DNA from: Acidimicrobiales bacterium
GTDB taxonomy: Bacteria > Actinomycetota > Acidimicrobiia > Acidimicrobiales > CADCSY01
Assembly (NCBI GenBank): GCA_036275955.1
Contig: DASUCO010000094.1
Span: forward strand, 1-44,121
Length of the DNA: 44,121 bases
Direction of reading: 5' to 3'
Positions 1-7,935 of the stretch are shown here, piece by piece. The notes under the pieces are model-generated. The model made no database searches, was not told the DNA's origin, and worked only from the letters and a program-made list of their open reading frames with translations. The first letter of the stretch is position 1, and the number at the start of each line of letters is the position of its first letter. The position numbers and the translations under genes were made by a program.

Positions 1-1468
1 CACGGCCGCGATCCCGTTTCCAGCTCCGCCGCACCGGCGCCCAGCGGTCCGGCCCGGTAAGACGGGGGCATCCAATGGACCGCGACCAGGGCGGCCGCCA
101 GCTGGCTGGCCTCATCCTCGACGCCGCCGGCCGCGGCGAGCGGCGCTTGGCCCAGCCGGCGAGGTAGAGCCCTGGACGCACGCGACCGCCCTCGTGCGGC
201 GTGCGCCCGACGGCGTCCACGGGGAGGCCCGGCACCGCGGTGGGCAGCGTGCCGGCGGAGACGACCACCAACCCGGCCTCCAGGTCGGTGCCGTCGGCGA
301 GCCGCACCCCCTCGACGACCGTGGCGCCGAGGATGCGCTCGGGGGCCGCGCCGAAGCGCAGCACCACCCGGCGCTCCGCGGCCGGTCCGCGGCCGGCTGC
401 GCGCTGCGCCGTCCGCTCAGCCAGGTCGGCGAGCAGGTCGAGGCGGGCGCGGACGACCGGATCGGAGGAGGCCTCGCGGTCGACCGGCCCCTCCACATCG
501 ACGTCGACGCCGTCGACCTGGGTGAGGCCGATGAGCTCGGGCAGGGTGAAGGCGGCGTGCTCGGGGCCGCGTCGTCCCAGCACCACGACCTCGCGGATCA
601 ACGAGCCGTGCAGGGCGGCGAGCGCCTCGGGACCCATGTCGGTGGCGACGAGCCGCTCGGGCGGGGTGAGCAGGAGGCGCGCCGCGTCCAGCGCGACATT
701 GCCGTTGCCGACCACCACGGCGCGCTTCTGACGCAGCGCCCCCGCGGCAGGGCCGGGCACGCCGATGTCGCCGTTGAACCAGCCGGCCAGGGCGACGCCC
801 GACACCACGCCGGCGAGGTGCTCGCCAGCGATGTCGAGGGTGCGGGGCCGAGCCGCGCCGGTGGCGTACACGACGGCGTCGTGACCGGCTTCCAGCTCGC
901 CGTGGCTGACGTGGACGCCGACCTCGACCCCGAGGTGGAGGCGCAGTCGGGCCGCGACGTCGTCGGGCTGGCGCCAGCGGTCGGCGACGCCCTTGGTGGC
1001 GTGGTGGTCGGGGGCGACGCCGGCGCGCAGCAGGCCCCAGGGCACGATCCGGCGGTCGATCATGTCGACCACGGCGCCGGGGACCCGCCGCAGCAGGTCG
1101 TCGGCGGCGTACCAGGCCGCCGGTCCGGCCCCGACGATCGCGACCCGGATACGGCGGTTCTCGACGGTGTCGTGCTCGCGCACGAGCCGTGGCCGGTAGT
1201 CGGGCTGCTGCGGTACCCGCCGATAGAAGGCGGCGTTCACCTCGACGAAGGGCAGGTCCCGCTCGGCGAGCGCGTCGCCGGCCTTGATCGCCCCCACGGG
1301 GCAGGCGTCGGCGCAGGCGCCGCAGTCGATGCAGGCCTGCGGGTCGATGTAGAGCATCTCGGCGGTGGCGAAGTCGGGCTCGTCGGGCCGCGGGTGGATG
1401 CACCCGATCGGGCAGGCGGCCAGGCAGCTCGCGTCGTTGCAGCAGTTCTGCGTGATCACGTAGGCCAC
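1..1468 (-). CDS. Ferredoxin-NADP(+) reductase with fused N-terminal 2x[4Fe-4S]-type ferredoxin domain (FprB-like); 3' end runs off the window
   Basis: Absent from the ORF track because it has no stop inside the window. Hand translation from GTG (1468-1466) gives VAYVITQNCCNDASCLAACPIGCIHP...CIDCGACADACPVGAI (two Cys clusters). This is followed by RIRVAIVGAGPAAWYAA (Rossmann GxGxxA) and GLYLAGWAKR near the end. The start lies 1 nt after the stop of the upstream BVMO gene. Confidence 0.8.
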   Translation of the reverse strand, partial: MAYVITQNCCNDASCLAACPIGCIHPRPDEPDFATAEMLYIDPQACIDCGACADACPVGAIKAGDALAERDLPFVEVNAAFYRRVPQQPDYRPRLVREHDTVENRRIRVAIVGAGPAAWYAADDLLRRVPGAVVDMIDRRIVPWGLLRAGVAPDHHATKGVADRWRQPDDVAARLRLHLGVEVGVHVSHGELEAGHDAVVYATGAARPRTLDIAGEHLAGVVSGVALAGWFNGDIGVPGPAAGALRQKRAVVVGNGNVALDAARLLLTPPERLVATDMGPEALAALHGSLIREVVVLGRRGPEHAAFTLPELIGLTQVDGVDVDVEGPVDREASSDPVVRARLDLLADLAERTAQRAAGRGPAAERRVVLRFGAAPERILGATVVEGVRLADGTDLEAGLVVVSAGTLPTAVPGLPVDAVGRTPHEGGRVRPGLYLAGWAKRRSPRPAASRMRPASWRPPWSRSIGCPRLTGPDRWAPVRRSWKRDRGR

Positions 1469-1469
1469 G

Positions 1470-3305
1470 TCAGGCCTCCTGTCCGGTGCCGAAGAGTTCG
1501 GCGAAGTCCTGCTCGACCTCGGTCGGGTACGGCGACTGGCCCAGCCCGGTGATCGTCGAGCCGCCCCACGGGTCCTCGTCCACGAGCACCGCCTCGACGG
1601 CGTCGTGATCGGCGAGGCGGAGCCGCACGGGCTGCGCGGCGCGGCGGTGGAGGCGGCGCAGGTCGGGGTGGTGCTCGACGCGACCCGACCAGCGCACGGT
1701 GTTCTCCTGGGGCTGGTAGACCGCGAGCACGTGCGCGACGACCGGCACCTCGGTGCCGTCGTCGAAGATCACGACGCCCGGCCCGTGGTACGCGCCGTCG
1801 TCCTCACGGTCGTCGACGCTGGTCATCTCGTAGTCGGCGAGGTCGGCGCGGCGCAGACGCCGGCGGTAGCCCACCGTGGTGCCCGGCCAGACCGCCCGGT
1901 TGACACCCTCGTCGTCGAGGTACCAGCTGGTGCAGCCGCCCGACGTCCACACGGTGCCCTGCGACGCGCGCTGGAGGCGGCGGTTCTCGTCGGCCTGCGC
2001 GTGCGCCTTGACCTCCACGCGGGTCGCGCCGCATCGGCGGGCGGTGGCGATGACGTCGACGATGTGGCGCACCTGCGCCTCGATCATCACCACGATCGAC
2101 TGGTTGCCGACGCCGGTGTTGGGGCCCATCACCGTGAAGAGGTTCGGGAAGCCGTGCACCGCGACGCCGAGGTAGGCCTCGGGACCGTCGGCCCACACGT
2201 CGTGCAGCGACCGGCCGCCGCGCCCGACGGCGGGCAGGGTGGCGGCGGCGTCCGTGACGTGGAACCCCGTGGCCCAGACGATGACGTCGACCTCGCGCTC
2301 GGTGCCGTCCGCGGTGCGGATGCCGGTGGGAGTGATGGCCGCGACGTCGTCGGTGACGAGCTCGACGTCCTCGCGGGCGAGGGCGGGCAGGTAGTCGCTC
2401 GACATCACGATGCGCTTGCAGCCGATCTCGTAGTCGGGCGTGAGCCGTGCGCGCAGCGCCGGGTCGGGCACCGAGCGCCGCAGGTGCCGCTGCGCGACCG
2501 AGCGCAGGAGGCCCATGTAGCGGGGGTCGAGGAAGCCGACCGTGATCGACTCGTGGGCGAGGTAGAGCGCGGTGCGCAGGCTGCGCTGCAGCCCGGGCAC
2601 GAACCGGTAGGCCGCGCGCTCCACCGCGCGGACGCGGTGATCGGGGCGCGGCAGCACCCAGTTGGGTGTGCGCTGGTAGACGTCGAGGTGGGCGGCGACG
2701 TCGGCGACGGCCGGCACGATCTGCACCGCGCTCGCGCCGCTGCCGACGACCGCCACCCGGCGACCCGCGAGATCGATGTCGTGGCGCCAGCGGGCCGAGT
2801 GGAACGCGGTGCCCGTGAACTCCTCGCGCCCCGGGATGTCGGGCAGCCGCGGAACGTGCAGCGGCCCGGTGGCCGAGACCACCGTGCGGGCGAGCACGGC
2901 GTCGCCGTCGGCGAGATCGATGCGCCACTGATCGGCGTCCTGGTCGAAGGCCAGGCCGACGACCTCCGCACCGAAGCGGATCGAGGGCCGCAGGCCCTGG
3001 CGCTCGACGACGTCACGGAGGTAGTCGAGGATCTCCGGCTGCGGGGCGTACCCGCGCGAGAACGCCTGCGAGGGGGCGAAGGAGAAGGAGTACAGCAGCG
3101 ACATGACGTCGCAGGCGGCACCGGGGTAGGTGTTGTCGCGCCAGGTGCCACCGACCTCGTCGGCCTTCTCGAGCACGACGACGTCGTCGATGCCGGCCTC
3201 GCGCAGCCGGATGGCCGCGCACAGCCCGCCGAAGCCGGCGCCGATCACGGCCACCTCCCGCACGTCGGGGGAGGATGCGGCGCCGGCGCCGGACGGGGCG
3301 CTCAC
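1470..3305 (-). CDS. Flavin-dependent Baeyer-Villiger-type monooxygenase with C-terminal DUF4873-like extension
   Basis: Inner part of ORF 1470..3716. Motifs: VIGAGFGGL (FAD binding), the BVMO fingerprint FTGTAFHSARW (FxGxxxHxxxW) and VVGSGASA (NADP binding). GTG at 3305 forms a GTGA overlap with the upstream stop (3302-3304). The Arg-rich N-terminal part of the ORF is rejected as non-coding. The last ~106 aa (YHGPGVVIFDDGTEVPV...RWSGRV...DPWGGSTITGLGQSPYP) resemble DUF4873. Confidence 0.85.
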   Translation of the reverse strand: MSAPSGAGAASSPDVREVAVIGAGFGGLCAAIRLREAGIDDVVVLEKADEVGGTWRDNTYPGAACDVMSLLYSFSFAPSQAFSRGYAPQPEILDYLRDVVERQGLRPSIRFGAEVVGLAFDQDADQWRIDLADGDAVLARTVVSATGPLHVPRLPDIPGREEFTGTAFHSARWRHDIDLAGRRVAVVGSGASAVQIVPAVADVAAHLDVYQRTPNWVLPRPDHRVRAVERAAYRFVPGLQRSLRTALYLAHESITVGFLDPRYMGLLRSVAQRHLRRSVPDPALRARLTPDYEIGCKRIVMSSDYLPALAREDVELVTDDVAAITPTGIRTADGTEREVDVIVWATGFHVTDAAATLPAVGRGGRSLHDVWADGPEAYLGVAVHGFPNLFTVMGPNTGVGNQSIVVMIEAQVRHIVDVIATARRCGATRVEVKAHAQADENRRLQRASQGTVWTSGGCTSWYLDDEGVNRAVWPGTTVGYRRRLRRADLADYEMTSVDDREDDGAYHGPGVVIFDDGTEVPVVAHVLAVYQPQENTVRWSGRVEHHPDLRRLHRRAAQPVRLRLADHDAVEAVLVDEDPWGGSTITGLGQSPYPTEVEQDFAELFGTGQEA

Positions 3306-4222
3306 GCGAGGAACCCGAAGCCGCGCCACATCGCGGTCGACACGGGGTTGCACAGACCGTTCTCGACGAGGAAGCCGTGCAGGCTCTCGAAGGACTGGCG
3401 CCGCACGGCGGCGACCCGCTCGTTGGCCTTGGCCTGGCGGACCGCCTCGCGCACCGGCAGGCCGCAGCGGCGGTAGACCTCGCGGTTGATGAACATCTGC
3501 TGCAGCACGAAACCGGCTCCTCCGTTGGCGGTGGCGGCGAAGGCGCGCTCGAGCGCCGAGGCATGGGCGATACGACGGCGCACCCCCTCGCGGGCGAAGC
3601 GGATGTGCCGCGCCTCCTCGGTGACGTGGATCTGCATGACCTGCTGCATCAGCGGCTGGAGCTCGGGGTGGTGCGCGACCTTGCGCTGCACGTCGTCGAG
3701 CACCTCCTCGCCGCACAGGGCCGCGACGTAGAGCATGATGCCGCGGTAGGCGAGCGGGAAGGCCTGCACGGCCGCGGCCTCGAGGCGGCTCAGCCGGTAG
3801 GGGCGGGCGCCGATCGCCTTGACCGCGCGACCGAACATGATCATGTGCCGGGTCTCGTCACCGATCTCGGTGAGCGAGTAGTGCACGTGGGCGTCGGTGG
3901 GGTCCTGGTGCAGCATCGCGCGCAACAGCCCTTGATTGAGGGTGTTCTCGAACCACACGGCCCGCGACAGCAGGTTCGCGGCCTCCTCGCGCGAATAGTC
4001 GACGCGCTCGCGGTGGGTCATCGCCTCCCACAGCGGCGTGCCGTACAGCGACAGCGTCTCGGGCGGCAGGTAGTACAGGTCCGGGCTCTGCGGAGCGTCC
4101 CAGTCGACGTCGACCAGGGCGTTGTAGGAGCGACGGGCCGACCCGCGCAGCAGGCGGTCGGCGACCTGGTCCTTGCTCGGGCCCGCAGGGCTCGGGGTCG
4201 CGGGGCTCGGGGCGATCGTCAT
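3302..4222 (-). CDS. Diiron oxygenase, AurF / p-aminobenzoate N-oxygenase-like family
   Basis: ORF 3302..4276. Two carboxylate-His motifs are present (EIGDETRH and VTEEARH), typical of ferritin-like diiron oxygenases. ATG at 4222 is preceded by GAGGAGG (from HEEVLD-M), so it is preferred over ATG 4276. Confidence 0.8.
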   Translation of the reverse strand: MTIAPSPATPSPAGPSKDQVADRLLRGSARRSYNALVDVDWDAPQSPDLYYLPPETLSLYGTPLWEAMTHRERVDYSREEAANLLSRAVWFENTLNQGLLRAMLHQDPTDAHVHYSLTEIGDETRHMIMFGRAVKAIGARPYRLSRLEAAAVQAFPLAYRGIMLYVAALCGEEVLDDVQRKVAHHPELQPLMQQVMQIHVTEEARHIRFAREGVRRRIAHASALERAFAATANGGAGFVLQQMFINREVYRRCGLPVREAVRQAKANERVAAVRRQSFESLHGFLVENGLCNPVSTAMWRGFGFLA

Positions 4223-4260
4223 GTCCAGCACCTCCTCGTGATGGCCGCCGGCGGCGGTCC

Positions 4261-4321
4261 GTAGATTATTAGACACTTTTCGTCTACTCGTCTAGTAGTG
4301 GTCCCGGCTAGTGTTCGCCAC
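4261..4321. promoter_or_regulatory. Divergent promoter/operator region between the diiron oxygenase operon and the TetR gene
   Basis: This is the only AT-rich patch in the neighbourhood. It has overlapping inverted repeats: TAGAC(4270-4274)/GTCTA(4282-4286) and CTACT(4284-4288)/AGTAG(4294-4298). There is a second GTCTA at 4290-4294. TAGTGT (4309-4314) lies 7 nt before GTG 4322. Confidence 0.5.
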
Positions 4322-4900
4322 GTGAGCGAGCAATCCACGCCGACGCGGATCATCGAGGCCGCCGTGTCGTGGATCGCCGAGACGGGTCTGCGCAAGATCT
4401 CCGTCGACGAGATCGCGAGCAAGGCCTCGGTGTCGCGCGCCACGGTCTATCTCCACTTCCCGGGCCGCTCGGCGATCATCGAGGCCGCGGTCCGCCACGA
4501 GGTCGGTCGCATCCTGGCGCGGGCCAGCGCCGACGCGGAGAGGTACGACGACCGCGACGCCCGCCTGGTCGAGGTCTTCGCCGCCTCCGTCGTCGATCTC
4601 GCCCACCACCCGGCACTGGCGGCCGTGCTGCGGCACAACCCGAAGATCCTGCTGCCCTTCGTGTTCGGCCCCGACCCGCTCGGCATCCGCATGGCGCGCG
4701 AGCACGTCGCGACCCTCTTCGACGGCGGCCCGGGCGCCCACGAGCTCGCCGAGATGATCGTGCGCACCTTCCACAGCTTCCTGCTCGCGCCGTCGAGCGT
4801 GTTCGACCTGAGCACGCTCGACGGGGCGCGCCACTACGCCCGGGTGGTGCTGCTGCCGCTGCGCGACAGCCTCGCCGCCGCGGCGGCCGACAGCACCTGA
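4322..4900 (+). CDS. TetR/AcrR family transcriptional regulator
   Basis: ORF 4298..4900. HTH region: ISVDEIASKASVSRATVYLHFPGRSAII. Start chosen at GTG 4322 because it has a leaderless-type -10 seven nt upstream; GTG 4298 is the alternative. Confidence 0.85.
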   Translation: MSEQSTPTRIIEAAVSWIAETGLRKISVDEIASKASVSRATVYLHFPGRSAIIEAAVRHEVGRILARASADAERYDDRDARLVEVFAASVVDLAHHPALAAVLRHNPKILLPFVFGPDPLGIRMAREHVATLFDGGPGAHELAEMIVRTFHSFLLAPSSVFDLSTLDGARHYARVVLLPLRDSLAAAAADST

Positions 4901-4907
4901 CACGGCT

Positions 4908-5912
4908 TCAGCGCGCCTCGCCGATCGGGGCGGCCAGCGCCGCCCGCAGCCGGACGCCGAGCGCGTCGAGCGCCCGCCCGGCGGGCGGGACCAGACCGGC
5001 CATCAGGTGGAAGTCGTGGAAACGTCGCGCGTGCTGCACGTGGTCGACGGGCACGCCCAGCGGTCCGAGACGCGCGGCCAGCTGCTCGGCGTCCCAGCGC
5101 AGGGGGTCGTCGCCGCACGAGTCGAGCACGATCGGCGGCAGCTGGGCCAGCACGTCGTCGCTCGCCGCCAGTGGCGACAGCTCGGGGTCCGAGCGGTCGT
5201 GTCCGGCCGCGTAGCTGTCGGCGAACACGTCCATCAGCTCCGCGGTGAGCAGCGGCTCGCGGGGGCCGAACCTCCGCTGCGCCCCCGCCTCCGGCCGCAT
5301 GTCGGCGGCAGGACACACGAGCACGAGCGCCGAGGGGCCGGGCATCGCGCGGGTGATCGCCCGGATGCTGGCGGTCAGCGACAGCGCGCCGCCCGCGGAG
5401 TCGCCGGCGAGCACGACGACGGGCTCCTCCCCCGCCGCGCGCGCTCGGGCCACCTCCGCCTCCCGCACCTCCAGGTAGGCCTCCCAGACGTCGTCCTGGG
5501 CCGCAGGGAAGGGATGCTCGGGCGCCAGGCGGTAGTCGAGCGAGTGCACGACCATGCCGGCGGCGGCGGCGAACCGGCTCACCATCGCCCGGTGCCCCCG
5601 GGGGCTCCCGACCGTGAAGCCGCCGCCGTGCAGGTAGAGCACCGTACCGGGACGCCGCGACCGCGAGGGCTCGTAGCGTTCGGCGGGACGACCGGCCAGC
5701 GCGCCCCGCTCCACGCGGACCCCGGACGCCGGCGGGGCGGCCCAGGTCAGCAGGTCGGCGCGATGGCGCCGGGTCGGCCACGAGGCACTCGGCGAGAGCG
5801 CCCAGGCCGCGCTGCGACGCGAGCCGGCGATCAGCACTCGGTCGGCGGCGGCCGCCGCTCCCGAGGCGAGGACGGCGATCGCCCCCGTGGGGCGCGGGCG
5901 GTGACGGTTCAT
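4908..5912 (-). CDS. Alpha/beta hydrolase, hormone-sensitive-lipase-type esterase/lipase
   Basis: ORF 4908..5912. It has the oxyanion-hole motif LHGGGF and the nucleophile elbow GDSAGG. It lies 38 nt downstream of the DUF445 gene on the same strand. Confidence 0.85.
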   Translation of the reverse strand: MNRHRPRPTGAIAVLASGAAAAADRVLIAGSRRSAAWALSPSASWPTRRHRADLLTWAAPPASGVRVERGALAGRPAERYEPSRSRRPGTVLYLHGGGFTVGSPRGHRAMVSRFAAAAGMVVHSLDYRLAPEHPFPAAQDDVWEAYLEVREAEVARARAAGEEPVVVLAGDSAGGALSLTASIRAITRAMPGPSALVLVCPAADMRPEAGAQRRFGPREPLLTAELMDVFADSYAAGHDRSDPELSPLAASDDVLAQLPPIVLDSCGDDPLRWDAEQLAARLGPLGVPVDHVQHARRFHDFHLMAGLVPPAGRALDALGVRLRAALAAPIGEAR

Positions 5913-5950
5913 CGGGGTTCCCTTCTAGCATCGCGCGACGCGGGCGCGGG

Positions 5951-7234
5951 TCATCGGCTGAGGTGCTCCACGAGCACCACTTGCAGCTCACCGACGGCGA
6001 ACCCCAGCAGGGCGCCAACGGTGACCATGAGCAGCTCGTCGTCCTTGAAGACCGGGCGCAGGATCCCCTCGAACTCGTCGGGGGTCAGCAGGTCCAGCTT
6101 CTCGACGATGAGCTCCTCGAGCCCGAGGGTCCGCTCGGCGTAGTCGCGGGCGGAGTCGAGGGCGCCCGGCAGATGGTCGACGAGCCGCTCGACCACCACG
6201 ACCTTCAGGTCGCGATAGCGCTGCGTCCCGATGGCCAAGGCCAGGGCCGGACGGGCCAGACCGAGCTCGTCGTCGACAGCCTCGGAGATCTCGCGGTCGA
6301 GGGCCGCGAAGAGGCGGTCGGACGTCGGACCGTGCAGGAGGCCGTCGAGCAGCACGTCGGGCGACAGGATGTCGCGGGCGATGATCCGCGCGTAGTCGCG
6401 GGTGATCTGCTCGCGCCGTGCTGGGATCACCCCCTGCACGGGCACCCGCCCGAACAGCAGGCGCTGCTCGCGCGGCATGAAGATGAGGTTGAGGGCGAGC
6501 CAGTCGCTGGCGAACCCGACGAACAGGCCGAACGCCGGCATGATCCACGGCTCGTGGAGCACGCCCCAGGCCACCATCTGCACGGTGCCGATGGCGAGGC
6601 CGAAGTAGATGCCGCTGCGTCGGATGAAGCGCAGGGGCGCGCGCCCGATGCCTCGCACCAGGTCGTTGAGCTGCTGCTTGTTGCGCACGAGGATGTTGAC
6701 CGCGAGGTACTGGATGTCGATGTAGCGGCTGAGATCGGTGCGCATGTCGGCGAGCAGGCGATCGACGACCCGCGGTGCCGAGCGCTGCACCCTGGCGACG
6801 ACGGCGCGACGTCCGAGCTCGGGTACGGCGTCCCACAGCCCCGGCCGCAGTTGGCTGCACAGGTCGCGCGCGAGCTCGTCGACCAGGTCGACCAGGGGAC
6901 CGCGCAGCTCCTCGACCAACTCGGCGGCGTCGACCCGGTCGAGGAGCTCCTCGGGCCGCAGCAAGCGCTCGGTGATCAGATCCAGGGTGACGGCGGCGGT
7001 CTTGCCGGCGCGCCGCGGCACCACCCCCTGCCACCCGATCGGTCCGATGCCGCGGAACTCCAACGGCCGGTAGATCATCTGCAGCGCCACCACCTTGGTG
7101 CCGTAGCCGACCAGGGCCGCGACCAGCGGCATCGAGAGGTAGATGTACCAGTTGAGCGAGACGTCGGCCCGGATCTCGGGCCACGTCTGCACGGCGGCGA
7201 CCTGGGCGGTCGCGGCGATGGCGGCGGGGCTCAT
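5951..7234 (-). CDS. DUF445-family integral membrane protein
   Basis: ORF 5951..7261. It has an N-terminal hydrophobic helix (YIYLSMPLVAALVGYGTKVVAL), internal helices and a C-terminal helix. The overall look is that of the DUF445/YjiN-like family. ATG 7234 forms an ATGA overlap with the upstream stop. Confidence 0.7.
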   Translation of the reverse strand: MSPAAIAATAQVAAVQTWPEIRADVSLNWYIYLSMPLVAALVGYGTKVVALQMIYRPLEFRGIGPIGWQGVVPRRAGKTAAVTLDLITERLLRPEELLDRVDAAELVEELRGPLVDLVDELARDLCSQLRPGLWDAVPELGRRAVVARVQRSAPRVVDRLLADMRTDLSRYIDIQYLAVNILVRNKQQLNDLVRGIGRAPLRFIRRSGIYFGLAIGTVQMVAWGVLHEPWIMPAFGLFVGFASDWLALNLIFMPREQRLLFGRVPVQGVIPARREQITRDYARIIARDILSPDVLLDGLLHGPTSDRLFAALDREISEAVDDELGLARPALALAIGTQRYRDLKVVVVERLVDHLPGALDSARDYAERTLGLEELIVEKLDLLTPDEFEGILRPVFKDDELLMVTVGALLGFAVGELQVVLVEHLSR

Positions 7235-7935
7235 CCCGCACCTCCGAAGGCATGGACCCACAGGTCCTCACCGAGCGGCGAGAGCCGGAGGCCGCCCCGT
7301 TCGACCTTCGCCGGGAGGGCTCCGCGGGAGGCGGCCTTGAGCGCGCGCAGCACGACGATGTCGGCCAGCAGCACCTCGTAGTCGGTGGCCAGGGCGTCGT
7401 CCTCGGGGCCCACCTCGACGAGACCGAGGGCGAGCAGGTGCGCGACGTAGGTCGGTGTCAGCTGCGGCAGCGACAGGCTCGCGCTGCGGCCCACCAGCGA
7501 CATGTTCTCCAGCACCCGCTCCCCGGCGCGCCCCCGTGACGACACGGTGACGACCGGCGACGCGCCACCGTCGGACAGCGAGGCCAGGATGCGCGCCTCG
7601 TCGGGCACCAGCTGGTCGAGCACGCGGTGGTAGAGCACCTCGCGGCTCTCCGTCGTCGACTGCTCGAGCGCCTGGCGCAGCAGCCGGCCCAGTTTGACCC
7701 CGAGGTCCGGCTCCGCCGCGCCGATCTCGGCGACGGCGGCCGAGGGCCCGAGCGGACGGGGCGGGGCGACGGCGTCCATGCGGGCCCGCAGGAGCCCCAG
7801 GGCCTGCCGCTCGTACCAGCCGGCGACGAGCGCGGTGGAGCGCACCGCGGTGCCGATCGCCCATCGGGCAGCGCCGAGAAACTCGGGGGCGATGGCGCCC
7901 CGGCTCTCGCGCTGAACGGGCAGGCGGTCGTTCAC
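7231..7935 (-). CDS. Hypothetical protein, tentatively Abi-alpha/DUF4393-like
   Basis: C-terminal 234 aa of ORF 7231..8292. GTG 7935 forms a GTGA overlap with the SDR stop. The segment LYHRVLDQLVPDEARILASLSDGG...LENMSLVGRSASLSLPQLTPTYV recalls actinobacterial proteins annotated as Abi-alpha family. This is from memory only and was not searched. Confidence 0.55.
   Translation of the reverse strand: MNDRLPVQRESRGAIAPEFLGAARWAIGTAVRSTALVAGWYERQALGLLRARMDAVAPPRPLGPSAAVAEIGAAEPDLGVKLGRLLRQALEQSTTESREVLYHRVLDQLVPDEARILASLSDGGASPVVTVSSRGRAGERVLENMSLVGRSASLSLPQLTPTYVAHLLALGLVEVGPEDDALATDYEVLLADIVVLRALKAASRGALPAKVERGGLRLSPLGEDLWVHAFGGAG

Noticed and set aside
194-1552. Long plus-strand ORF (452 aa) and minus-strand ORF 417..1403 (328 aa) overlapping the ferredoxin-FNR gene
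   Set aside because: Their composition is extremely Arg/Gly/Pro/His-rich with no recognisable motifs. The third minus-strand frame gives a clean ferredoxin + FNR sequence. These are typical shadow ORFs of GC-rich DNA.
7231-7935. Calling the Abi-alpha-like gene an abortive-infection / phage-defence system
   Set aside because: The similarity is recalled, not searched. The gene is translationally coupled inside a metabolic operon, and no other defence-type genes (nuclease, ATPase, toxin) are nearby.
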